A program made the position numbers and the translations under genes. Below, in pieces: positions 1-10,665 of a DNA stretch of 24,905 nucleotides. Under the pieces are notes generated by a model. The model was not told where the DNA came from. It was given only the letters and a program-made list of their open reading frames with translations, and did no database searches. Location of the stretch: positions 509,371 to 534,275 of the forward strand of contig JAAOMT010000706.1 of assembly GCA_016748015.1 (NCBI GenBank), in the 5' to 3' direction. The stretch is from Geosiphon pyriformis uo1. Its lineage: Eukaryota > Fungi > Glomeromycota. Position 1 is the first letter of the stretch; every line of letters starts with the position of its first letter.

Positions 1-698
1 AGATTGAAGAAACCCAATCTTCTCTTATGTCCCTTATTGATAAAGATTGGAGTCGAAGCTTTTCAGAAACTCTTGAAGATATTATTTCCAAACACGAGCG
101 TTCCTCTCACTCAAATAATGTCCATCAGTATGTAGAAAACTTCCCCTTCGCTGGTTATTGTCGGGTAGATAGATCATCGCCAATCTGGGATGCACTCAAG
201 CGAGATCTAGCCAAAGAATTTAAGGAATTAGAAGCAAATTGGGAAAGAGGAACAAATTCTCGCCTTCAAACTTTCATTACAAATACAATTAACATAAACT
301 GGAGTAAAATAGAAGGCTGTACAGCACGTTGTCCTATTTGCAAAGCAAAATGTGAACTTCCCGAAGGTGATCATACTCATGAAACCTCAACACACATCTT
401 GGCTGCTTTCGGTGGATGTAATGATGTGAATACTCATGAGGCGGTTTTAATTGTTTGTTCTGAGGTAGATGCGCGTGATAAAGGAAAATGGCGGAGTCGT
501 TTTATGACATCCTTAGTTCCAATCAATGAATTAATGCAAGCAAATCAGCCAAAATGGAAACCGCTATCATTTGGTCAAGTTCAAGAAGAAAAAGCAAGAA
601 ATATGAAACATATGTGGTGGCATTTGAGAAAAGAGTTATGTGAAAAATATGATATGATAGACTCAACCCTAAATGATTGGGAGAGATATGTTCGGTAG
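1..698 (+). CDS. 3' end (partial, N-terminus upstream of window) of a GVIN1/VLIG-like very large GTPase, copy A
   Basis: Frame is open from the window edge (IEETQSSLMSLIDK...) to TAG at 696-698. It contains GCTARCPICKAKCELPEGDHTHETSTHILAAFGG...LIVC...W...WW, matching the GCxxxCPxCxxxC...H..H...H...G...C pattern I recall from the GVIN1/VLIG C-terminal region. The GTPase domain itself is not visible in this window. Confidence 0.7.
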   Translation, partial: IEETQSSLMSLIDKDWSRSFSETLEDIISKHERSSHSNNVHQYVENFPFAGYCRVDRSSPIWDALKRDLAKEFKELEANWERGTNSRLQTFITNTININWSKIEGCTARCPICKAKCELPEGDHTHETSTHILAAFGGCNDVNTHEAVLIVCSEVDARDKGKWRSRFMTSLVPINELMQANQPKWKPLSFGQVQEEKARNMKHMWWHLRKELCEKYDMIDSTLNDWERYVR

Positions 699-739
699 AT
701 TTCTCGCAGTGATATTCATTGAATTATAGCCACAGAATT
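1..739 (+). repeat. Left arm of long inverted repeat (pairs with 23344..24082)
   Basis: Ungapped manual alignment gives 27 mismatches in 739 nt (26 coding, 1 in the 3' UTR). Homology ends 41 nt after the stop at ...GCCACAGAATT. Confidence 0.95.
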
Positions 740-2505
740 CGAAATCAAACATTTTAGATATTCTTTTAATGTAGTTTTACACTTAGATTTTTACATAAAA
801 TATATTTTTAAAATTACGAAACTAAATATCAAAGGTTAGCTTTTTTCATAAATTGAAAACCGAATTAAATTCAAATAAAATATTTTGTAGCAAAAATATA
901 CTAAATATTTTTTGATTTAGTACTTTAAGCCCAAACAACTAGTAAAAAGAGAAAAAATTGGAACATAAGAATAATTCCGACAATTTTTTGAAGATAAAAA
1001 TTCCAATAATTAAACATGAAATACATTATAAATTTTAAAATTTGATGAAAGCTCTACTTTCCAACATTCATTTCCAAAAGTGTCTCTCTAAATTACAAGT
1101 CTGCGAATATGGGTTTTAAAATGAATCAATTCTAAAAAATATTACATTTTTAGGTTAGTTTTTGCAGTTAGATATAATCCTCAAGGAAAGGACCAAATTT
1201 AATAATTTGAAATGTACAATTTTAGAATCACCTGAAAATCTTAACCAAACGCAAATGAAAGTGAGAGGCAGAAGATCTTACAGATTGATGCAATTCATTT
1301 ATTGGGAATTTTTGAAGTTAATTCGTGCTCAAAAAGTTAGAGCGGTTTCTTGAATAATTATTTAGTTCGCGATATTAGTTGAACAATTATTTTGCTCTAA
1401 GCATTAATCGCGTGCTTGATGTTTGATTAGATGCTGCAAATTTGACTAAAGTCATATTTTCATTGAATTTCTAAACGGCATTCATTTAGAATGTCGGTTG
1501 AAAATTTTTAATCTAGTGTCATTTAAATTGGGGAGCTTGATCACTAATAAATAACCTGCTTTAAAACATTTATCAATACTTCATATAACACCCTCCATCA
1601 TATGATTGTTTGTGTTAAAATTATGCATAGGTCCTTTTTGATGAAATTTTAAAATTATCTATATCAATTGACCACAGACTATACCTAAGCAAAATATTAT
1701 ACCAAAAATCAAGTCAATTTAATTTGATGCAAGCAATCCCGATCTATAGCTATGAAAAAAAAAGTTTCGAGAATTCTTTGAAACATCAAAACCTTTAAGA
1801 TTCCATTAAAGAGTTTCATGTTAATCATATGCTCTGAATAATTAATTTAGATTGAAAGATAAATTGTTCGAATATGAATCGAATATGATGAATGAAATGG
1901 TCAAGTGTGCATAAGAAAATAAATCTGAAAAAAATGCTTTTCATCACATGCAATTGAATTATGAGCGCCATAATTTATAAATTAGATTTTCTGAACAAAG
2001 AATGAGAAATGAAACTCTAAGATATGCAATAATCTGAAACTTTTTTTGAGAGTCAATCTTAAATAATATCATCTTCCAAAAAATTTATAATTTTTGTAAT
2101 TGTAAACTTATCCTTGAATTTAGCAATTTTAACATCTAGAATTACTGGAATCATAATTGAAAATTCCTCAAGTCCTAAATTTTACGCGAATCATAATCGA
2201 AGAGATTTAAGAAATTTAAGATCGAGAAAACTTTGGAAACACATTAGCTTCTTCTCAACACAAATAAGGTAAAAATGAAGGGCGAAATCGTCAACGCTGA
2301 AGCACTTGACTGCAAAAATGTGATGAACCGAAAAACAGTAACTTTTCCTTGGCAATTTTTGGTCTATTCGAATAACTTACTAAAACTGCGCCATTTTACA
2401 ATTGAAGAATTCCAAAAAATTCTAAACTCGAAATAGTTCGAATATCCAATAGATAAGAAAACATAAAATAATATTAATACTATTGAATCCGGTATATTAA
2501 AATTT

Positions 2506-3120
2506 TCATTTAAAGACAAATCTTGATGCCACTATAAAAGATAAAATAAACAAAAGCCCATTATTGGCCGTCATTAATTTAGTGGCAACTGATTCATGAT
2601 TATCTTTTGTGGTAGCTGATGGCTGAACGTTTGAGGGCTTAGTAGTGGTCATAAGAGTGGCAGATGGGTGCATGGAAGTTGAATGAATACCAGCTCCAGT
2701 GGTTCCAGGCCGCCCGGCTGGTAATTGTTGAGCTGCAGCTAATGGTTGTTCATTGGTACCAGTAGACGAGAGACCTTCAACAGAGCTACCACTGACTCCA
2801 GCTGATGGCTTTGGTTCAGTCGGATTCGTTCCAAGGTTGCTATTAGAATTTTGACCGGGAATTTGGTAACCTTGTGGTACAGCAACAGGATTTTGAGCTG
2901 GTGCAGGACCAAAAGAAGAGGGATTTGAGCTACCAAATTGAGGTCGACCAAGTTTTGAGCCTCCTAACGAATTGGGTTGAGGACCACCGGCTTGAGGACT
3001 CGCAGCCACGGGCTGTGCAGTAACTGGCTGTTGAGGATATTGATGTTGTTGTGAAAATACCACTAAAGAGAAGGTAAGCACAACAAAGGAAGTAAAGATT
3101 GTGAATTTTTTAGGAGACAT
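2506..3120 (-). CDS. Secreted Pro/Gln/Ser/Thr/Gly-rich, probably GPI-anchored cell-surface protein (204 aa)
   Basis: Intronless ORF. Signal peptide MSPKKFTIFTSFVVLTFSLVVFS, low-complexity body, C-terminal NHESVATKLMTANNGLLFILSFIVASRFVFK (small residues, spacer, hydrophobic tail), typical of a GPI signal. Confidence 0.85.
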   Translation of the reverse strand: MSPKKFTIFTSFVVLTFSLVVFSQQHQYPQQPVTAQPVAASPQAGGPQPNSLGGSKLGRPQFGSSNPSSFGPAPAQNPVAVPQGYQIPGQNSNSNLGTNPTEPKPSAGVSGSSVEGLSSTGTNEQPLAAAQQLPAGRPGTTGAGIHSTSMHPSATLMTTTKPSNVQPSATTKDNHESVATKLMTANNGLLFILSFIVASRFVFK

Positions 3121-4258
3121 TTTATAATTAGTCCAATTAAATTTTTGTTTCTAGGTGTAAATTTTTCTGGAGCTCTTCTTTGGATTTGTCTTTTAGCAAA
3201 TTGGGACTGTTTTATCATAATAAGCGGGTCTTTCAAAGCTGATTTTATATTTTTTCTAAAAGATATTTTCCATCAATGATGATGAAATATTATCTTGAAT
3301 TCTCGTAGAAGTCAAAATATCATTCCTGCCATTAAGATGATTGATCAAGGCCCCTCAAAAGTATCATTTTTAGATTTGGTTATAGCAAAAAAAGTAAGTT
3401 AATTTTTAATGTTCCAAAGTAACAACTTATCAAGTGAAGTAGATATTTGACTTTCTTTCTTTTTTTAAATCCCTATCGCAATTGGATCAATTTATCATAT
3501 TTTGTATTAGGGATTCAAATCAGTGAGAGAACCGCTCAATGAATATGGTTTGGGTTTTGAGTGGAAGCAGAGGTCGCTACTGTTCACATTTTAATAAACA
3601 CAGTTTGACTATTAACGTTAATAACAAGAATGTCCTTTACAATGAAACTAAATTTTAATTTATGCTCTACACAACCAAAAAAATGTAAAAGCTCGAAATC
3701 TTATTTAAGGTTTGATACACTTGTAAATATATTTTTTCAATAACAAGTGTTATGTTATTTATATTAATAATTATTAATCTTCATCAAACTTAGCCTTAAT
3801 TAGAAATTTGATGTTTTTTAAAACAAAAATTATAATTCCTAAAATACAAACATTGAAGAAATCAGAAAGTAACTTTCTTGTCTATAAATGTTGAATCCAG
3901 TTAGAATCTTGGAAGCCCAATAATTGAGAAAAATTTGCTCTCGAAATTAAGGTATAGGAAAAAGTTTATAAATTTATATCAACACACAAATTAAGAGAGG
4001 TATAATAATCAAATTGAGAAACCGGGGGATTTTAAGAGATGCACTGGAGAATAAGAAAGAAGCAAAATTTTTTGCATTTGGGGACAATATACATGTATAT
4101 GTAAATTTGTTTAAAAAAAAAGAGGCCGTAGACGTATACGGAAAAAAATAGTCAGCTAAATTTCCAAATTCAAGAATTTTTAGTGTTTGTCAGACCTTTT
4201 GATGATGCTCTTCTCTATAAATTGGTGCATTCACAAATATCTTGAAAATCTAGGATGT

Positions 4259-4362
4259 GGTTCCAGCTTTAAATCCTGTTTTTACGCTTTTCTAGTTGAT
4301 CTGTTAAATGCGGTTTCAGCCTTAAATCCTGTTTCTACCTTTTCTTAATAAATTTATTAAAT
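4259..4362 (+). repeat. Two-copy degenerate tandem repeat, 53-nt period
   Basis: GGTTCCAGCTTTAAATCCTGTTTTTACGCTTTTCT at 4259 versus GGTTTCAGCCTTAAATCCTGTTTCTACCTTTTCT at 4312. Confidence 0.8.
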
Positions 4363-5244
4363 AAAGCTAGTAATTGGATAAAGCCCATTTTTTAACTTCT
4401 CAAGGATAAAAAACTTTTTTGCATAAAACCAAAATAAGGAATGAGGATCATGTTTACAAAATTTAACACGGATTCAGATTTGAATAATTATGTTAAATTA
4501 AATTGATAAACAATTTTATCATCGAAAAATGAAACGTAATCGTCATATTACATGATCAAAGATTACATAAATTAATTTATAATAATTTCAGTCTCATTGA
4601 TTTAGTGATCTGTGAGCTAGTCAAAAATATCAATGATTTTTAGAATTCTATTGGTTTTTCAAAATCTGAGAAATAAAAAATTTTAATCTCAACTTATTTC
4701 AATAGTTATTGTTGGTAGAATACATGTACTTAATAAAAAACCAAAACGGCGATTCAAGTGAAACAAGGAAATGAATTCCAGGATCCATTCCTAGAGGAGA
4801 AGCAATGTCCCTAATATTGGTAACCTGGAAAAAGGAGGGTTTGATTCATCAAAAAAATTCTGTGAGTACATATAAGAACACCAAATATCAATAGCAAAAT
4901 ATTTGACTCTAAATTTATGCTTAACAAAGGATGTAAGAGAACGATACTTCAGTCGGTACTAACTTCTAACAAAATTTCAAATTGAACAAAAAATAATGCT
5001 TCTTACAACGCCAGATATTTATCCTTTTCGGGGGACCTGTAAAAAGATGTGTTTTTGAAGAATTTGTTTCCTGCAGATTGGAAATTTGGACGTGAAATAA
5101 GGAGGGACTACCACTTTTTTCTCACAGAATATTTTAATCAGAAAACGTAAATGATTGATGATGCCAAGTATTTCATAATAAATACGAAGTAAATTAATCT
5201 TAATCATCATCATCATCATCATTAAGGAACTGGTTGTGAAAGCT

Positions 5245-5251
5245 TATAAAA
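5245..5251 (+). promoter_or_regulatory. Putative TATA box of the 5373 gene
   Basis: TATAAAA about 125 nt upstream of the ATG, inside a motif shared with the paralog's upstream region. Confidence 0.4.
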
Positions 5252-5372
5252 CCCGCCTTGCAAAGAAATTTTTCAAATTTAAAACCAGATCATTACTTTA
5301 AAGAAAATTTCAAAATAAACAAATTTAGTGGTGAACCATTATATCTCGAAATTCGATATATCTAAAAACACA

Positions 5373-5910
5373 ATGTCTTTCAAACAAATTATTTCTCTAA
5401 AAACTATTTTGATACTGACCTTTACAATTACAATAATTACTATATCACAAGCATATCAATTCCCACAACAATCAAAAACGCCTGATAACCAGATTGGAGG
5501 TGTCTCAAATATTCCGGGTGCTCAAAAGTTCGGACACCCGCAATCAGGGACACAGAATTCTGCTAAAAGAGGCGCACTAGGAAATCCTCCACAAGGTTCC
5601 GAAATGTCTGGACAACAGTTTCAGAATTCTTTAGCCAATTCTTCAAATGGCGGACCCTCTGGGGCTGTTTCTACCTCAAGGAGAAGATCCAGGCTTTGCC
5701 GCTGCATATCCAGGTGTGATCACTGGTGCTTCTACCTCTAATCGTTCAAATATCTCATCTCAAACGGCTGAGAGTAGGCCTTCTGGTACTAATGATTCGG
5801 CTGAATCAAGTGCAATTAATCATGATTCTTTAGCTAATATTTTGTTAGCTGCTGTTTTCAATGGACTTTTAGGAATAATTTTTTTCGGTTTGCTTCACAT
5901 TTTTGCATAG
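5373..5910 (+). pseudogene. Paralog of the 2506..3120 GPI-type protein with a +1 frameshift at 5668-5670 (pseudogene, truncated allele or sequencing error)
   Basis: ATG at 5373 starts signal peptide MSFKQIISLKTILILTFTITIITISQA. KFGHPQSG matches KLGRPQFG of the paralog. Removing one T from GTTTCTA joins the two ORFs as GAVLPQGEDPG (paralog VAVPQGYQIPG), and the joined protein ends NHDSLANILLAAVFNGLLGIIFFGLLHIFA. Confidence 0.8.
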
Positions 5911-6775
5911 CTTAATGATTTGAAATATTGAAAGCATAATTTTGAGTTGAATATACTAGTAAGATTAATTTTTAACAAACTAATTAAGCCTTATGATGAA
6001 TGTGCCACAACTATTCTACGAATCTGGACTACCTTTTATAAGGCTGTGATAGCTATATAGTTAATTTTCATTTCCCATTCCCAATATTTAAAAAAAATTT
6101 TAGAGGTAATTTTTGCAAGAAAAACTTGAATTACTTTTGACAAAGTCATTTCAAGAAATTCACTAATGTTGTGATTTTTTAAAGCGAAGATAAGTGTAAA
6201 GATTCTGTAAAGTGGGAATGAGTTTTTTGACACAATTTTGTGAAAAATGGAAAAGGTTAACAAGGTTCCCAGCTAATAATTAAATTTTATTATCATGAAA
6301 GAAATTTGGGTAAATTTTAGAGTGTTTAAAAATATTCTTCACCTAGTTTTTTTGTATGAACAATATAAAAGATAGTTCATGAAAGTTAATAGTCTAGAAA
6401 TATCCTTTTTATTACGCATTCTCAAAAGCTAATGAACTAAAAGAAACTAGATTCTAAATTCTCTGGTTTCGAAGATGGTTGATGGTGTGAAATATGACAG
6501 GTTATTTTAGTAACTGATTTTTTGGAAAACCTTGTCACTCAAGCTTTAAATAAAAATTCACTGAAGGGTGATTTCTTTAGGAAGTATGGCTCATTGTTGT
6601 AAATGTTATATTCGACATATACTTTTACCTCTTTTTCATTGGAATAAAAATATATATTTGGTTACATAGAAATTGACTAAAAGATTAAGAATTCCGGTAT
6701 TTTATACTCGATATTAAGTTTCTCTTTCCTACTATCCTTAAAAGCATTTTTGGGGGATATCAGTTTTAGATCTTT

Positions 6776-6777
<2 letters not shown>

Positions 6778-6814
<37 letters not shown>

Positions 6815-6834
6815 CAGAATCAGAATCAGAATCA
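6778..6834 (+). repeat. Compound microsatellite (TAA)12 followed by (TCAGAA)3
   Basis: Read directly from the sequence. Confidence 0.95.
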
Positions 6835-7749
6835 TAACTGTTTCATTTTAATGAAAAAAATCTTTTTAAATGATAAAACTTTTCTCATTGATAAGGATAT
6901 GCAATTCTTTTACCCAATTTACAGCACCATTTTTTATTCCCTCTTTATACATTTGAATTTATTGCTCACATTGTTCTCATTCTATTAACTGATCGTTTTA
7001 TAATTATTAATATGGAAGTGTGTTTTCAATTAAAAAGAATCTTGATGATATCGCAGCTAAAAAGACATGCCTAAACACTTGATTAAGAAAAAGATCCCAA
7101 AAGTTAACATTTTCATGTAAAGTACAGCAATTTCAGGAGCTTACTCTCCTTCTCATTCGTCACAGTAAATTTTACAGAATCCTCAACCGGTGAATAAATT
7201 TGTTTTTATTTGACGGACAGCCTTCAATCCTATTTACTCTAAAGCTTTTGAGATTAAAAAAATTGAAAATCGGCTTGGAAACAAATATTTTTTCAAGGAT
7301 ATTTTGCTTGCTTGCTCTCCAGTTAATTTTGAATGGGATAGAATATTGCACCTATATTCTTAACCACATCTTATATTAAAATTCAAGGACTACACTGATT
7401 TTTAAAATCTTTCCTTACAAAATTTTTAAACTATATCCCAGATCATAAAAACCTTGTTGTATTATAATTTATAAGCAATAATTGTGAAATTCTCATTGCC
7501 TTAAGGTTCAAATCAATGCGAATATATAAAAGTGATATAAAATTAGGAATCAGAAAAGATTTCATTCATAAACCAAGCTTACTTGTCATCAGCGACATCA
7601 TTTTCTTATGCTTTGCTCTTTATAATCCCAGTAAACTGGGGGATGGAAAATTTTAAAAAAAATCGGAAAAGCTATAACAAGATTCAGTTTAGGTAAAATT
7701 GATAACAGCTGATCAGATTATCGAAGATAATAACCCCCTAAGGCCATAC

Positions 7750-7756
7750 TATATAA
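7750..7756 (+). promoter_or_regulatory. Putative TATA box of the FAD oxidoreductase gene
   Basis: TATATAA 54-60 nt upstream of ATG 7810. Confidence 0.45.
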
Positions 7757-7809
7757 GTAGCATTGTTCACCTGTCTTTCATCTCAAATATTTAATACTTT
7801 ACAACCAAA

Positions 7810-9672
7810 ATGAAAAAAAATTTAGTGAAAGATATACCCAAAGATGCCATCAAAAATTTTAAAGCAAGTTTATCTGGCCAATCTGCCGTCTTGCTTCCTG
7901 AAGATGGTAAAAATTTTGAAAATACATTAATTTGGTGGGCTGATAATTCAGTCAAAAGACCGGGAGTAGTTGTTCAAGTATGTAAATTAGATTCTTGGAA
8001 AAAGTTGTTGTAGGCTAAAATAATTTTCTGAGAGAAGTGAGATTGCTCAAATATTTCATTCCTTATTGATTTTATACACAGGTGGCAGGGTTAAATGATC
8101 TTGTAGACACGGTAAGGAATTTCTAATTATTATTATTATTATTATTATTAAATTAGCCTTTAAAGATTGATTCTAAAAATGAATATTATAGATAAATTTC
8201 ATACGAACCAACAAACTTGACTTTGCAATTCGTTGCGGTGGTCATTCGACTTCGGGTGCATCGAGTACATTGGGTGGTGTTCTTCTCGACCTCCAAAAAC
8301 TTAATAATGTACGGGTTGATGTTGATTCAAAGTTAATTTACGTTCAAGCAGGTGCATTGGCACGAGATGTAGATAATGCTGCACATGCTCATGATTTGGC
8401 AGTCGTCACTGGCACGGTTAATTATACCGGAATCGGCGGGTTAACTTTGGGTAGATTCAATTATAAAAGTATTGGGCGGTGGCATAAGAATTAATTTAAT
8501 ATTATCTAACTTTTTGATTCTCAACTTAATTTTAGGGGGTGGATTTGGTTATCTCACAGGTGAGCCTTACAATTTTTTTAGTTTGGCAGGATATTTTGTC
8601 ATTCTTTTCTATTCATTGTAAACTCGAAATTTAAAAAGGACGCTACGGATTAATGATCGACAATCTCGTTAGCGCTACAATAGTTCTCGCCGACGGTACA
8701 GTCAAACAATTATCAGAAACCGAAAATAGCGACCTTTTCTGGGCGATCAGAGGAGCTGGTAGTAATTTTGGCGTGGCATACGAATTTGTCTTTAAGGCAC
8801 ATGAACAGAAAAACAAAATCTATGTTGGTAAGATGTTATTCGAACCAGAAAAATTGAATGCTGTGGTGGATGCGACTAATCAGTGGGCGGCGACTCAGCA
8901 TGAAGATGCAGCTGGTTTTTTTATCATTTCAAGACCGCCACCAGATTTCAAGGTATTGCTAAACTTTGAGAATTGGTTAAAAGCATTCCTCAAATTTTCT
9001 AGATAATAACACAAAATCCTTTAATCAAATATCAATTTCACTATAAAGCCTACATTGCTTTTCCTTTCATTCAATAATTCAGATTCAATCGAACTATTGA
9101 AAGAACGTTTTGCTCCTCTTTATGCTCTCTCTGCATTCCAAGAAGACATAAAAGCAATGTCATTCCCGAAAGTTAATACCATGCTGAACGAACAGAGCCC
9201 TCACGGAGGCCGTAAGGCGCACAAAAGCGCCTTTATTTCACGTCTCACCGCGCCGACTGTTCAAAAAGTATTTGACAAATTTGTGGAATTTACAGAAGAA
9301 AATCCAACTGTCCGTGACTCAGTAATTCTATTCCAATTTCATAATCTCGGAAAATTCTCACAAGTTCCACCTGACGCAATGGCATTTGGACATCGTCACA
9401 CATGTAACGCGTTCATCATAAACCAAAAATGGAAGCATGAACGAGATGATTCCAAAGTATATCAGTGGGCCAATGAAATGGCATCCATTTTGCAGGTTGA
9501 TAGTTATCAAAGTGAGTATCTCAATTATAATACTTATCGTACTCAAGATCCTGATGACAGACAAGGTTTAGCTCGACGGGTGTTTGGCCAGAATTTAGAA
9601 AGATTGAAAGAGATCAAAAGAAAATACGACCCTGAAGTATTTTTTGATAAGTGGGTAGTTGTTTATCCTTGA
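7810..9672 (+). CDS. FAD-linked oxidoreductase, berberine-bridge-enzyme-like / 6-hydroxy-D-nicotine oxidase-like (FAD_binding_4 + BBE), 6 exons, 472 aa
   Basis: Exons 7810-7977, 8082-8111, 8192-8450, 8536-8559, 8639-8952 and 9049-9672 total 1419 nt, all introns GT-AG, frame continuous. Motifs: IRCGGHS (covalent FAD His), [42 protein letters not shown], YLNY, and FGQNLERLKEIKRKYDPEVFF. No signal peptide. Confidence 0.95.
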
Positions 9673-10665
9673 ACAGTATTTTTTTATGTTCAAGATAATT
9701 TAAATATCTGATTTCGTTTTGCTAGCTATAAGCTTTAGCCGGATATATTTATGATTCTTTATTATAAGGAATTGAATGAAACATATTCGTAAATATATCT
9801 GATTCTCAACACAGTCAAATATCAATTAAATATTGGTAAAATTTGGGGGAAATATTCAAATCAATCATTTGCACAACTAAGAATTTGGTAGAACTAGATT
9901 AATTTCCAATCTTTGAAAAAATAAATAATTCTTATTCATGTTTTTTTGTCTCTGATAATTTATTAGCTTACGGGAAATTTGTTAAATAAATTATTAATTT
10001 CCTTTGGTTAAAAATGAAAGAAGAATTTACAATTTCTTGCATTATCCTTTTAATATTAAATTATGTGTAGTACTCTTTCAATAAGAATTTTTAAATTTAT
10101 TTATTAAATCAAATATAATTTACCTTTATATATTTTATTAAAAAGTAACAAAAAATGATATAGTTTTAATATATAATATTAATTTAAACTTAACTAAAAA
10201 CTTTCATTATTATTAGAAATTAGTTATTTCCAACTCAAATGGTGATTTTTTTTCATTACTGAAATGTTATTCTAGATATGGAATAAAGGCATCAACATCT
10301 AAGCCCCTTTTAACCAGTGTCTTTGGCAAGCTTCTTTAAAACTGTTAGGATTTTCAATTTTCACAAAGCAATTTGCTGCAGCCACTCACAGCATAAAAGC
10401 CACTTTAATCCAGATTTTTTTATTATAAGTTTATCCAATCAATGATAAGTAAATGGCGAGGCATAAAACGCGCCAAATTCAAGACATACTGAAGCCCGTT
10501 CTGTTTCAGCCATATTCAGGTACTTCATACCTTTTCAAAGTTTTTTTTACCTTTTTTATTTACTCTTCATGTTTTTTATTGAAAATTTAAGAATTTTTAT
10601 GGTTCAATTTAGCATGAACTGAATTCAAGAAAACTGGAATTAGAAAGAAATTACCCAAAAAAAAA

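Noticed and set aside
387-698. Diversity-generating retroelement (template/variable repeat) or RIP as the cause of the differences between the GTPase copies
   Set aside because: Only 10 of 26 differences sit at an A in copy A and 2 at an A in copy B. There are many transversions, no consistent dinucleotide context, and no reverse transcriptase in the window.
5019-5222. ORF starting with poly-Met
   Set aside because: It is the reverse strand of a (CAT)n microsatellite in a promoter region.
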